In this document: piece by piece, positions 13,542 to 27,263 of the stretch
Numbering within the stretch: position 1 is the stretch's first letter
Layout: every line of letters starts with the position of its first letter
From: Callorhinchus milii
Lineage: Eukaryota
DNA length: 64,000 bases
Assembly: GCF_018977255.1 (NCBI RefSeq)
Contig: NW_024704742.1
Span: forward strand, 61,010,001-61,074,000
Direction of reading: 5' to 3'
Program-made: the position numbers and the translations under genes
Notes under the pieces: generated by a model
Told to the model about the DNA's origin: nothing
Database searches by the model: none
Seen by the model: the letters and a program-made list of their open reading frames with translations, nothing else

Positions 13542-14730
13542 ATATATGTGTCAAGCACTTCGGGATGCTCCCCCGGGTGAAGGGTGCTATATAAATGCAA
13601 ATAATTATTGTTCTATGTGTATACATATGGATATACACCATTTAAAATGCGGAGAATAGCGTTGCAGGCTAGTGTCTCAGAGCGCTTAATGGTGGTGGAG
13701 CCTGACTTCGAGCCGTGGGGGTGGGTGGGGGGAGGGGGGCCGGGGAGGTAACTGTAAGCACGGTCAAAAAATAAGTATTTCAGGCGGGACTTGAAAAAGG
13801 GGAGAAAAGGGGCAAGGCAGAGGGATTGATGAAAAGGGTCTCCAAAAGTAATTGCTGTACATTCCAGTGATATCTAATAATAATAATAATAATAATAATG
13901 CTTGCATTTGATATAGCGCTTTTCACGTCGGGAGGACGTCCCAAAGCGCTTCACAGAACACACTGTAAAGTGAGTTGACTGTATATTTGTGGGCGAATCT
14001 AAATTTAAATTTAAAGGTTGGAAAAGCCTAACTTATTTTGATTCTGCAAACAAAATAAATTTGTCTAAATAGTAACTTGGAATTACACAGAATGCTACAA
14101 TACGTAAAAAGGCCATTCGGCCCAACTGTTTGTACTAAGTCTCCACCTCTCCAAATCCACTCTCTAATACTACGGTATTCCCTTCTGCTCGTATATGTAT
14201 CAATTTCCACTTAAATACATTGATGCTCAAAACGTATCAACGATTGTTTTCTGCTTCAACTACAGCTTCTAGCAGTATTTTCTTCAAGCCAATGCCATAA
14301 ATCACAAGAAAGCTTTGCAGTGAAATTAAGAAACCATTTTTATTTAGGCAGTTATTTTTAATAAAAAAAAGTTTGTTTACTTTCGTGTGGCGCCACATTT
14401 CAATGCATCAAAGCCAGCACTATACATCACAGAAAAAGTCAAATCCTTCCCACAGATGTTGACGGCCACTATCAGTAACTCACTTCAGAGTTAGTTTTAT
14501 TTTGCGACTGAAGGAAATAAAATAATTAGGGCATTGAATTGGCTCTCTGAACAACAACAAATTACTTTTGTATAGTGCCTTTCATGTCATGAGGACAACC
14601 CAAAGAGCTGGAATATTCTACGCATTTTAAATGGTATATATCCACATATATACACATACAACTATAATTATTAGCATTTATATAGCACCCTTCACCCAGG
14701 AGAGCATCTCGGAGTGCTTGATACATATAT
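13542..14730. repeat. 117-bp inverted repeat pair (13542-13658 / 14614-14730)
   Basis: By eye, the arms align over their whole length, covering an L2-like tail and the sequence beyond it. Confidence 0.85.
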
Positions 14731-16214
14731 ATATATATATACACACACAGATGCATGCACATCAACTGGATCAAGCCTGACATCTTATTTAAATGATGCC
14801 CAGAGTGTACTATCTGTGATGCCTGTAATCTTGTCGGATTATAATATGCAATAACACATTTATAACAGAAATAATTTTAAAAGAGAAAATTACCTTCTCA
14901 ACAAAGTTCTTCTTAAATACAATACTTAAACAGTCCTTTAGCAATTTTTCACTAATAAGATAAACTCACGAGCACTCGATTTTAAGCAATAAGATGTTTG
15001 GTTGTTATCTTGCCATGAGATAATACCAGTTATTTATTATTTTATTTATTTAAATAAATAAAATAACAATTTGGTCATTCAATCCACAACTGTTTGTGAG
15101 ACACTGCTGTGCACAATTGGCTGCCGCGTTTCGTCCACAAATATACAGTCAATTCACTTTACAGTATATTCTGTGAAGCGCTTTGAGACATCTAGAGATG
15201 TGAAAAGTGCTGTATCAAATGCAAGGATTATTATTATTTAGTGGGATTAGTGACATAGGGCCAATCTTGCTACATTTTGTTTTGGGCAATCAATTATGAG
15301 AGATTAATGGGTGAGATTAGAACTCGAAAATTTGCCCCAAGTGTAGCATTAACACAAAGCATAGCATAATCTACATGTGCCTTGCCTGTCCCTATTATAA
15401 GAGGTTTCAAATGTTTTAGAATGTTGAGATCATAAATTAAATGGGTTGAATACATTCTTTTATTCAGATTTGGAAAGCTTTTAATCCATTCATCTTCAGA
15501 TTTCTACCTTTATCTCAGCAAATGATGAGAATAGTTCTATACTCTCATTATCTGACTACAGACATACTTCAGGCAAATCATGGCAATGCACTGCTCTGCT
15601 GTCTTACAATATCCCTCAGCACAGCGCTGCAATAGGTGTTCAAACCACAGTTATTTTTCCTCTTAAATGCAATTATATGGAAAAGAAATATACACAGACC
15701 AAGGTCAAAGCAGACGCAGCATAATTGCTTCGACAGACTAAGAAGCTGAACTCATTTTTATTCAAAAGCTGTTCAGCTTCAATAACCTTTACTTGCATTC
15801 TGTTAAGTTGTTCTGAGATGTGATCAGCTACAGCAGACAATGTAATCATCTCTAGACAAATTCATGCCTATTCGGAGGAACATGGCGAGTTGGCATATTA
15901 TCCATGTCTTGTGAACCTGTCCGCACTTCCCATAAAGGGGAAGGCAACAGGGAGGGGGGAGTGCAAGACGCACCTTGTAACTGTACCCTGCTTTTCCTGC
16001 GGGAAAGCCTTGGTCCCTCCACCAGAGTGGAGTGCGCAGAGGCAACCTCACCCCACCCCACCCACCACAAGGGGCCAGGTCTGTTGTGTCCTGTAATGGG
16101 ATAATAATTAGTTTTGTTTTTCTGTGCCTCGCGGGAATCATTTCTTTGAGATAAGTATAAATATATATTCTATCAATAAATAAATATAATATTTTGGTTT
16201 AAAAAAAACAACTG

Positions 16215-16485
16215 CTGGGCTGTGTGTTCAAATCTAGCTCAGACTGAGATAGGATGAAAATTTCCTGTATCCAATGGACATAAAGTGAACGTAGATCAAC
16301 TAATCTGATCACAGGTCTAAAATGGCAGTGAATAGCATGACATTGGCAATCTGTTCAGAGCTCACTAGGGTGTGGGGAATGACACACTGACTGCTGTGCT
16401 GTGCTGATGCTCTTCTAAGAGTAGGGTTAAGGCTGTCAGTGCAGTGTGACAAAGCAGTAGGGAAAAACTCCACCTGCATCAAGTC
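16215..16485 (+). mobile_element. Possible LF-SINE-like ancient SINE remnant
   Basis: gttcaaatctagctcag..., cattggcaatct..., tagggttaaggc...gcagt motifs occur in LF-SINE-like order; recalled, not verified. Confidence 0.35.
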
Positions 16486-19387
16486 TTTTGTGGCATCCAG
16501 AACTTGACAAATTGTTGCACTCATTCTCAACTATGAAGTTGGTTTTCTCTTGAATATAGAGTTTTTAAAAAATTGTCAAATTTTGGTTGTTCTGAAATGC
16601 TGCAAATTTAGAATAAGTTTGGTCCCAGATGGAATCTCTCCCCCCTCCCCCTGCTGGCATAATATCCTTTTTGTTTTGCATCAAATCATTTTTTTTAAAT
16701 GCTCCCTCAGTCTGGAATGCCATCCAGGGGTCCCTCCCCTCTTTTAAAACATACCTCTTTGAAAGTCATCTTTACCCTCTCAGCTCCAGCCCTAGTTTGA
16801 GTGCCTATCCAGCACTGTGACATGCTTTGAGATACCTTCCCTTTGAGAAAGGCACTATATAATGTAAATTGTATTGCATTTGAATTGTGAGGGCTACTGG
16901 GTATGAAGAATGCTACATAAATGCAAGTTGGTGTTGTATTGCACATTATTTAACGTGTGTCCTCACAGATTGCTTATTTCCTCACACTAATATCCCTTAA
17001 CTTGAGCAGAAACAAAATTCACCTAAAGTAAACGTAATAATAATCATTACGTTTGATTTTGAACTTCATCGTGTTGTCAAAATATCTCAAAGCACATTAC
17101 AGTGTTTTTTCTGTCAATTTGATTGTAAAGTGTTGTGACTGTCAGGAATAGAACTCCAGCATACAAAATTATCCTGTTCATTTCAACTGCGTAGAATTGC
17201 TGAGCCAAACATAAAATAATCATTAATACTCCTTACATCTGATGTAGCAACTTTCACACTGACAGAACTTCACAAAGTGCTTCACACGATTTACTGCAAA
17301 GTGCAGTGATTGTACTTTGTAGGCAAACACAGCAGGGAATTTGCTTACAGCAATGTCCCACAAATAGCAATGAAGTGAATGACCAATTTCTGGGTGGCAA
17401 CTGTCGGCCAGGACACTGGGAGAAATTCCGTTCTCTTTTTGAATAGCTTTGTGTTTAACATACGTTTATATAGTGCCTTTCACATCGGGAGGACTTAACG
17501 CTGCTGTGTGAGCACCCAAGCTCGGAGAAGATGCTCAAGGGAATCAGGAGGGGAAATATGACCAAAAGCATGGACAAAGAGATATGTCTTGAACATATAA
17601 ATTCCTGCTCGAAATTTTATTATTTCATGGGATGAGAAATCGGTATATTAAAGGCATTCCATAATTAGCGCTGGTGATAAATAAGAAATGCTTTACAGAC
17701 TGAAAGCTGTCTTTCATTACAGTTTTGAGACTGAACACATCATCACTTTGAGAGAATGTTTCTTCTTCAAGATGGCAATGCTGCCATCTTTCTTTTTAGA
17801 TGAGCAGGGGACTCGATTTATTCATTCCCAGACAGTTTGAAAGGCTTTTTAAATGTTAAATTTTACTTTCAACATTATTTTCAGGTCAGGATAGGCTTTA
17901 GAAGTGCAAAGTCCACATGTTCTGCAGCCCAATTATAGACTTTCCTCACCCTGCACGCTATTCCCATTGGATTTGCAGAGGATGAAAAATGTACCGGGAT
18001 AAAGCTTGCACAATTTCAAAGGCAAAAAAAAAGAAAAGAATGCGCCACAAAGCAAACTGCATTGTATAATAGCGCAAAATAGCATCTCAAAATGAGTTTC
18101 TGTAAATTCAGAATTGTGCAATCTTTCTTTTAAGATTATCCACTTAAAATGCAGAGAGGCTTTAACATCAGAGAAAACAGACTCATCAGCTAAAGGACAT
18201 GGTCGATGTTTCCGTGATTGCATGGAACACTCCCACGCCTTTCCGAAGAGCACTGAAGAGGTTGGAAGAAATGGTTTTAACCGAAAACGAGTTGATTGAA
18301 AGAGATTTTCCAAATTGCACCTTTGCAACTGCTTAGGAAAAAAACACTTTTTTTTTTGCACCTAATCTTTTTCCCCACTTGCTGGCGATACACTTTCTTG
18401 AGGTCAGCCAGGTGACTGACACACGGTGAAGCCCACTACCATGCTTCAGAATATCCAAACCAGATTGAAAGTTCCACATATGACACCTACACGTAGAAAT
18501 TCCCCTTTTGAAATGAATATACCCTCTTTGCCTGGAGAGACTCATCCTGCTTATCTAATTCCAGATAGTATTAGGATGCAATACTAACAAATTGGCAAGA
18601 GGCAAGGCTTTAGGGCTGAGTGTGCATTGGGGTATTGGGACAAGCAGCAGGTAGTGCTCTGAAATGCTACCCTGCATGAGGGGTCCCAATAAATGCAAGT
18701 TGTTGTTGATGTTGGACCACTCTAACAGTTGGGGCTTTGGTTTTCAGGTTTAACAGGAGCTGACCAGGAAGAATCCTAAGGAGGATATTGAGGATAAGTG
18801 CATTTACTCAGCTCGTTGCTTGGTTGTTCCTAAGGAGTGCATGAAAGGTATCAGTGGCACATTTAACTTTTATAAATAACAACAAATTTACATTTATATA
18901 GCACCTTTCATGTTCAGAACATGACACAAGGCACTGGACAGTCTAAGATTTGCATCCATGCCGGGCTGGGGACTAAGTATTGGGGGGCAGGGAATGGATT
19001 TGTGGTTTATGATATGATAATTAATAATAATAATCCTCACATTTGGTATAACGCCATTCATGTCCGGGGGACATCTCAAAGCATTTCACAGTATATATTG
19101 TAAAGTGTAGTGACTATCTGTTTTGTGAGCAAAAAATTCATAAGCGCTAAATTTGCAGTCTTTTTTTGTCTTGCCCCTAACATCATCTTAAGGGCAGAAC
19201 CCTCTCCCCCCTTTTCCCCCAAAACCTCTGAAGAATTGTTTCTAACTATCTATTTCAGAACTCAATCGGGGCCATGTTTGATTTTAATTCAGCAAAGTGT
19301 TGGGATTTTTCAATCCTAGACACATGAAGAGTTTTTTNAACCTGATGTTTTTTNACATTTATAATTATTTTTAGACCAAGTGGATAC

Positions 19388-19704
19388 ATAATAATAATAA
19401 TCCTTGCATGTGATATAGCACTTTTCACATCTTTTAGACATCTCAAAGCCCTTCACAGAATAGACTGTAAAGTGAATTGACTGTATATTTGTGGGCGAAA
19501 CGTGGCAGCCAATTGCGCACAGCAGTGTCCCACAAACAGTTGTGGATTGAAAATGACCAATTTATTATTGTTTTTGTTTTATGGAGGGATTATTATTAGG
19601 CGTGTGGCGTAAGGAAACTTGCCCAAGGTTTCACCCTACCGGGAATTGAACTCAGGTGTCTCGCTTGCAAAGCGAGTGCTCTAACCACTGAGCTACAGGA
19701 TTCC
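19388..19704 (-). mobile_element. tRNA-Ala-derived SINE, full length, short form
   Basis: Reverse complement aligns end to end with 12008-12319. Confidence 0.9.
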
Positions 19705-19729
19705 GTAATATTTATTTATTATATAAATA

Positions 19730-19870
19730 ATAGATATTTGTTAGTTAGGGGTATCAAGGGGTAAGGGGAAAAGGCAGGTAATTGGAGTTAAGGTACAGAT
19801 CAGCCATGATCTTATAGAATGGCGAACAAGCTTGAGGGGCTGCATGACCCACTCCTATTCCTATGTTCCA
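19730..19870 (+). mobile_element. CR1-type 3' tail (similar tails at about 56450-56595 and 14085-14225 minus)
   Basis: ggtatcaagggg...gatcagccatgatctt...gaatggcg...cttgaggggctg...ctcctattcctatgttc resembles CR1 3' ends. Confidence 0.65.
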
Positions 19871-21524
19871 CTAACCCAGTAGCCCTCACAAAATGAATTG
19901 ACATTCCCTGAGGCCCCAATTCAAGATTTTTCAGATTTCTCGCTATTTGTACCTTCTGTCTTACAATTGCCATCGACCATCATGCACCTGTTTTCTGGAA
20001 CACTCTTTCAAAAACTCCTTGTCTTCCATCCTCTGTCTCTACTTTCAAGAGTTTTTTTTGGAAAGTTTAGCGACCGTATTTGTAAATGAACGCAGCAGCC
20101 AATTTATGCACTTCAATGTTCTACAAACAGTCATGACATTAATGAACAATTTGCTTATGTGGCGATTGCTGGCCAGCACACCAGTAGAAACACCTCTTTT
20201 CGAAGCGTAACATGGGACCTTCAACAGTTAGATGGGACCTTGATTTTAATGTCTCATCCAAAGGACAGCGCCTCCAAAAATGCAGTTCCCCTCTGCATCT
20301 GAGTGTCAGTATAGACCATGAGCTCAAAGAGATTCAACTCCCAACCTTTGGACTCAGAGACGAGAGTTAAACCAAGTGTGATAATTAGTGTGAAGGTCTT
20401 TAACATCCAACTGAAAACATTGGGACAGAACCTTGGTTTAAGATCTGATTCAAAAATGGCGTCTCCAATAATGCTACGCTCCCCCACACCATATTGGAGT
20501 ACAAGTTGAGATAGTGAGCCTCGTGTCTAGATCACCTATCCACTCTCTTGGTCAGAAAATGGTACTTGATATGGAGACATATAAAAAGACTGCAGAACAA
20601 ATTACAAAATGGTGGTGGGGGAAGGGGAAAGAATGAAGAATTTGTGCAAGAGATTCATAGTGGCCAACCCATTGTGAAATTTAATGCTATATTTTGATAC
20701 CTCAGGAACTTATTAATAATAAAATAATCCTTGCATTTGATATAGCCTTTCAAGTGCGGAGGATGTCTCAAAGCACTTCACATGATTCACTGGAAAGTGA
20801 CTGTAGTGACTATGTATTTTGTAAGCAAATACAACAGCCAATCTGCACACAGCAATGTCCCACAAACAGCCATGGAATGAATGACCAATTTAATCTGGGG
20901 GATTGTTAGCCAGGATACCAAGAGAAACACTCTTTCTATTTTCAAATAACGCTATAGGATGACAACCTGAACAGGCAAACGGGACCTTGGAATGTCCTCC
21001 CAACATGAAGCGTGCCACACAAATGCAATTATTTGTTGTTGTTGTTGAAGTGTGGTATCTCCAAAAGGACATAAAACAGATAGTGATAAGAATGTCAGAT
21101 CACTGATCACCAGCAGGCATCAAAACAGAATCCTGCTGATATACTACAGAACAAGATGACACTACAGCTCCAATCTGCAAAACACTCACAGCAGAGGTAG
21201 GGTGAGCAGTGCAGCAACAACTACAAACATCACTTCCAATGGATTGACCTGAATAAAATGGTGCAAAATTAGAACCTAACATTTTACGATTCCTCTTCCT
21301 CCTGTAATTCTGCACATACGTGCTAGATGTTTGTACAAAAAATATTCAAATCTCTTTGCTGGAGCAAATTAAAAATGTATGAAAATAAATACTACTAAGC
21401 TTAAGTTTTTATTAACTACCGCTATGTTACAAATACTTTCTATTTTGACTTTGGATCGAAATTCAATGGCTGGTTCATATGACTGCAGTCGTAGCATTCA
21501 GTGTGTACTGAAAGCCGGGCTTGG

Positions 21525-22087
21525 GTTGCTACGGAGATATTGTGTGGGAAGAGAGAGAGGGGAGGGAGAGAGAGAAAAAAAATCAATGGGAGAATCCTTC
21601 TGTCCCAGTCTTCTTCACAGACATCTTGTATATGATTATTACATCGCGCCTGGAAATCCCAATTCTCTTTCACAGCAGAAGCAAACATACAACATATGAT
21701 ATATAACATTTTGGACCTTTTCAAATGTTTTCCTGTTTATGATAGGCCAAGTCTGTCCACACAGCAGCTGGTGTTACAGCATGAAACATGGTTATGCAGT
21801 GCGGTAACTCAATCTCTGGGGAAAAATAATGCACCTACCTTAATCTCTGCATCATTTTTTGAGAACCACTTGAGGATTCCAGGGTCCGAATGAGGGTCCA
21901 TTTCACCCAGAAACAACAGGCTCGGAGAGCTAGTGGTAAAATTTACCTGCTCTGCTCGTACCTGTTCTGATCAAGCAACCAAACCTCGGCTGGCCATTGA
22001 GAGAGTGTAGCCTTAGCAAAAGATGCTACAGAATAGTCAGAGCCAGTCACGCCGCACATAGAATCGTAGTGTCAGTAACCTGGCAAC
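21525..22087 (-). promoter_or_regulatory. Cluster of RFX X-box motifs; candidate WDR17 promoter and non-coding exon 1
   Basis: GTAACCTGGCAAC (22075-22087) fits GTNRCC-N(0-3)-RGYAAC. Near-matches are GTAGCCTTAGCAAA (22007-22020) and GTTGCTACGGAGAT (21525-21538). Minus-strand donors gcag|gtaaat (exon end 21947) and aag|gtaggt (21839). No recognisable repeats here. Confidence 0.5.
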
Positions 22088-24416
22088 TGGAGATTTCTGC
22101 ATTTAAATTTTTTTTCTTGTGCTTCCTCAGTTACACTCCTTTTCCTTGTTTTTTGAGGGCTATTTTCTGCCTGACGATATTAGTGCATTAGTGCAGTACA
22201 ATACCAGTCTCTTCTTGAGCTTGGAACCTGTCACATGATCACAGTTGTATTTCACCTGCACAGGAAAGCACTTAAAAGGGATGACAAAATTTACACCATC
22301 AACAAGTGTTTTGCCTTATAATTGGTTGCTTAATATTAGAAAGACAAGGTAGGCTTGAGCGTTTCATTTAAATTTGAATGTTAAGCTCCTTGGCTCATGT
22401 TTTTCTAAATGCAAATCAGTTTCTAAATGGTTCATAAATGTCTGATGTCTCCCAAAACTTAAAAACATTAAAAAGCCAAGGAGGTGAAAATGTGTTATTT
22501 TTAAACACAGACTCGGCACCTTAGTAATTACTGGACGATAGAAAATAATTCATCGTCTGGAAGCTGTCCTCAATGACAGGCTGCAGGCTGAAAAATATAC
22601 TGACTTTGGGAAAATCCTTCCTTTCACAATCAAACTTGATACCTAATAATAATAATCCTTGTATTTGATATAGCACCTTATCACATCTTCAAGGCGTCTC
22701 AAAGTGCTTCACAGAATATATTGTAAAGTGAATATAAAGTGTTTCCCTGCTGTATCAAGCTGCTGTGTTTTACCCACAAAATATACAGTAAATTCACTTT
22801 ACAGTAATTTCCATGAAGCATTCTGAGAAGTCTACAAGACGTGATATGATGCTATATCAAAATGCAAGGATTATTATATATATTAGTATGTAATCCTCTT
22901 ATTTATTTATTGACCAAGAAAAACTGATAATCTCTTGAATCCCATAACCTAGTATAGGTTTTTAAGTTTAATATTATTACAGTGCAAAAAATTTTTTGTA
23001 TCTGGCAACAAGACACAAAATTAAAGCTCTCTTCACCAGTATGAAAGAGTTTACCAATTTCTGTGGAGGGAATGGCTGCTTTTCAGTCTCACATTGATCA
23101 TGAAAGATAGGTTTAAAGACATGCGTTCAACAGCAATTTCTGCACAATTCTATGCTACAATTTCAATTATTCCCAGCAACAATTAAGAAACAGAATCCCA
23201 ATCTACCATTCTCCCATCACAGCATCAACCTAATTTTTAAAAAAATAAATGTCCTTGTCTCAACCACCTTCCAGCAACCTGTTCCAGTCACGAATTCTGT
23301 GTAAAGAAATACTTCTTGGTTTCTGTCCTGAAACTGCGCTTTGCAACTATAAACCTACGTCTATTTGTTCTACTGTCTTATTTTTTCCTAAAGTTTTGTT
23401 CTGCATTTACTTTTTCAATCCCATTTAAAATTGTGTACATGTCTATTAGGTCCACTGAGACATCTCTTAACTCACAATTTTTGACCCCATCGTTTATTAG
23501 TATTTATTAAATATTTAAGTTGTATTTGATTCTTTAAATGTTTATTTAATGTGGAGCCTATTTCTTTAATGACTCCCCGCGTTACAAGTTCGTTATCAGT
23601 TCCTTATCAAAACAAAGACATATTCTGCTTAATTATGAGCATGTAAGTGGACATCAACATCAACTCCAGTCTTGTTGAGGCAGTCTTTGCACAGAAAAGA
23701 AATTAATGCTGCAAGAAGGACCACTCAACTATACTGTCTCCTAGGTAATGAAAACTGGAAATTCAAAGCACAATTGAGCTGCTGAATCCAATAGCAGAAT
23801 ACAAATGCTACGTTGCATCTTTCTTGCTACAAAAAAAAAGGCTGCTCCCAAACAGTTTTCAATAATGCTAGAATGAGGACATGAAAGAAAATCTATGATC
23901 TAGGAACAGTTTCACTTTGGTTTGGTTACAGAGCACCAATATGTTGAAATAACACTATGCAAAATATACCAAGATATCAGATTATGTGGATCAGTTAATC
24001 AGTCAGATTAGACATTCGATAAGACTACAGACAGGAGAATACAAGGTGCCTTCCACTTCAGTTCTTATGTAATCATCGCAAAAGCCTGTGGAGTAAGATA
24101 CTGAATTAAGCTGATACACTATGGCACAGTATACACAAAGCCGTGTGCTTGCCTCTTAGTTCCACTGAACCAGAGGTCTGAGTTCTGCCTTATCCAATTA
24201 TTAACGTTAACAAAATAAATTAATTAAACAACTATGGTGCATTCATACATTTCTAAGATTTTTTTTAACGATAAGTGCTTCCCTGTATACAGTGACATAA
24301 GCCAATGAGTATCTTTACAGCTACAAGCACTGCAAATCTACAAGGCGAGGCTGAAGTTTTACTCAAGCTTTAGAGATGAAAAGCCAGTATCTAAACAAGC
24401 CCCCACCGGCCTGTTA

Positions 24417-24737
24417 AATAATAATAATAATAATCCTTGCATTTGATATAGCACTTTTCACGTCTTCTCGATGTCTCAAAGCGCTTCACAGAATAGACTG
24501 TAAAGTGAATTGACCGTATATTTGTGGGCGAAACGCGACAGTCAATTGCGCACAGCAGTGTCCCACAAACAGTCATGGATCGAAAATGACCAATTTATTA
24601 TTGCGTTGTTTTGGAGGGATTATTATTAGGCGTGTGGAGTAAGGAAACTTGCCCAAGGTTTCGCCCTGCCTGGAATTGAAACCAAGTGTCTCGCTTGCAA
24701 GGCGAGTGCTCTAACTGCTGAGCTACAGGACTCCACA
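24417..24737 (-). mobile_element. tRNA-Ala-derived SINE, full length, short form
   Basis: Reverse complement aligns end to end with 12008-12319. Confidence 0.9.
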
Positions 24738-24904
24738 AATCTATATTTTAAACATAGTACACATCTAAAATATGTCTCCTCTGTGTCAAATCCCGCCTCA
24801 GCCATAATAATAATAATAATAATAGAGGTTGGCATCTGAGTGCAATTAAAACAGGATCTAGGCTTAAATCAGTCAATGTCTGTGAAATGCTGCACTCAAA
24901 TGCT

Positions 24905-25530
24905 GCCTCCAGGCACCCTCACCCACGCATTCGTCACATCACGGCTCGACTACGGGAACTCTCTCCTCATCGGCCTTCCCAACTCTTCCCTTCACAAGCT
25001 GCAGATTATCCAAAACTCTGCAGCTCGTGTACTCTCACGCACCAGGCTCCGCAACCCCATCACTCCCACCCTCGCCCAACTCCACTGTCTCCCCATCTCT
25101 CAGAGGATCGAATTCAAGATCCTCGTGCTCACTTTCAAGGCCATCCATGGCCTTGCCCCCTCCTTTCTCTCTGACCTGCTGACTCCCTACCAACCTGCCC
25201 GCTCCCTCTGTTCAGCGAGCTCTGGCCTGCTCCATGTCTCCCGCCCGACCCGCCCTACCATCGGTGGCCGGGCTTTCAGCCTCTCTGCCCCCACACTCTG
25301 GAACTCCATCCCAGGCCCTTCGCCTCACTTCCTCCCTCGCATCCTTCAAGCCGGTCTCAAGACCCTTCTCTTCGATTGTGTTTTCGGTCGCCCTCCCACC
25401 TCTCTGCCTTCCCTCATCCCTACACCACTCCTCCCCCATGCTTGGGCCCCGACACCTGACTATTCAGCGCTTTGGGACTCCTCCCGACATGAAAGGCACT
25501 CTATAAATGTCATTTTGTTGTTGGTGGTGG
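24905..25530 (+). mobile_element. L2 3' fragment
   Basis: ORF 24840..25547: HAFVTSRLDYGNSLL...RIEFKILVLTFKAIHGLAP; L2 tail. Confidence 0.92.
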
Positions 25531-25667
25531 TGGTGGACGTTTGGTAAAATCAATGATGGTGCCAAGTGACACATACAATGTGCAGTAGTTGGGGTCAGAG
25601 ATGTTTGGTAAACAGTTATAGTTAAGGAACAGGTCCTCATTTGCAGAATTTCATAAATGCAAGTGTG

Positions 25668-26737
25668 TGAGAAACCTGTCGAAACCTTTCATGATCTTGA
25701 AGACCTCTATCGGGTCCCCGCGTAACCTTCTCTGGTCTAATGGGAAAAGTCCTAACTTTTCCAGCCTGTCCTCATAGCTAAGCTTTCCCATTCCTGGTAT
25801 CATTCTCATGAATCTCCTCTGCACCCTTTCCAGTGCCTTAATATCCTTCCTGAGGTAAGGTGCCCAGAACTGGACGCAGTACTCCAGCTGAGGCCTAACC
25901 AGTGTTTTGTACAGATTAAGCATAACCTCCATACTCTTATACTCTATGCCCCTACTAATGAAGCTCAGTACACCAAATGCCCTTTTTACTGCCCTATCTA
26001 CCTGCTCTGCCCCTTCAATGAATCGTTTACTTGAACGCCCAGATCTCTCTGTATGTTCACCCCCCCCTTAAGATTGAGCTACCAAGCCTATATTGCCTCC
26101 TATCATTTTTCCTACCTAAGTGTATCACCTCACACTTATCTACATTGAAATCCACCTGCCACATGTCAGCCCATTCCACCATTCTGTGTATGTCTGCCTG
26201 CAGTCCGTCACAATCTTCTTCACTATTTACTACCCTACCTAACTTGGTATCAACTGCAAACTTGGAAATAGTGCTCCCTATGCCCAAGTCTAGATCATTA
26301 ATATATATTAGAAAGAGCAGTGGTCCCAATACCGATCCCTGGGGGACACCGCTGCACACCTCCTTCCATTGCGAGAAACACCCATTAACCACCACCCTCT
26401 GCATTCTGTCACTCAGCCAGTTCCTAATCCAAACGGCTGCTGTTCCCTTAATACCGTGGGCCTCCAGTTTTTTTATTAACCTCTTATGCGGTACTGTGTC
26501 AAAAGCCTTTTTAAAATCCATGTAAATAATATCCACCGTATTTCCCTCATCAACCCTCGCAGTCACCTCTTCAAAAAATTCTATTAGATTTGTTAGGCAA
26601 GATCTGCCTTTAACAAATCCATGTTGGCTGTCTCTAATTACCTCGTATTCCTCTAAGTAGAGATTTATTTTGTCCCGGATTACGGTCTCCAGTAGCTTTC
26701 CTATTACCGAAGTTAGGCTAACTGGCCTGTAATTTCC
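25668..26737 (-). mobile_element. CR1-type LINE reverse transcriptase fragment
   Basis: ORF 26057..26752 has [40 protein letters not shown] and FAVDTKL. ORF 25651..25932 has LVRPQLEYCVQFWAP and LERVQRR. Confidence 0.93.
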
Positions 26738-26828
26738 GAGATGTCTTGACAATGTGATAAGCTGCTACATTAAATACGAGGGACACCCCAAAAGTAATGC
26801 CTCCATTTGATTTTCTTAAAATGCTTTA

Positions 26829-27263
26829 GAACAACAAAAACAACAACAAGATTTCATTTATAGAGCGCCTTTCACATTGGGAGGACGTCCCAAGGCGCTG
26901 GATAATTGGGTCAGGACCCGAACAGGGGGGAAATGGTCAGGGGGAAGGGAGGGAGCGAGGAGGGGGTAGAGATCGAGAGGGGAGCTGAAGGCACGGTCGA
27001 AGAGAAAGGTCCTGAGACCGGCCTTGAAGGAGGAAAGGGAGGAAGCGGCGAAGGCACTGGGGGATGGAGTACCAGAGCCTCGGGGCTGAGAGGCTGAAGG
27101 CATGGCCACCGATGGTAGGGCGATTGGGGCGGGGGATGTGGAGCAGACCAGAGCCAGAGGAATGGAGGGTACGGGCAGGTAGGTAGGGGGATAGTAGGTC
27201 GGAGAGGTAGGAGGGAGCGAGGCCGTGAATGGCCTTGTAAGTGAGGATGAGGATCTTGAATTC
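26829..27263 (-). mobile_element. L2 LINE 3' fragment inserted in the mariner
   Basis: End of L2 ORF2 (FKILILTYKAIHGLAPSYLSDLL), 3' stem-loop tail and (TTG)n; flanked by 6-bp duplication GCTTTA (26823-26828, 27264-27269). Confidence 0.9.

Noticed and set aside
15850..16100. GC-rich block with overlapping short ORFs
   Set aside because: No recognisable protein motif or splice structure; probably an unrecognised repeat.
19338..19354. Two N bases
   Set aside because: Assembly ambiguity next to homopolymer runs; not biological.
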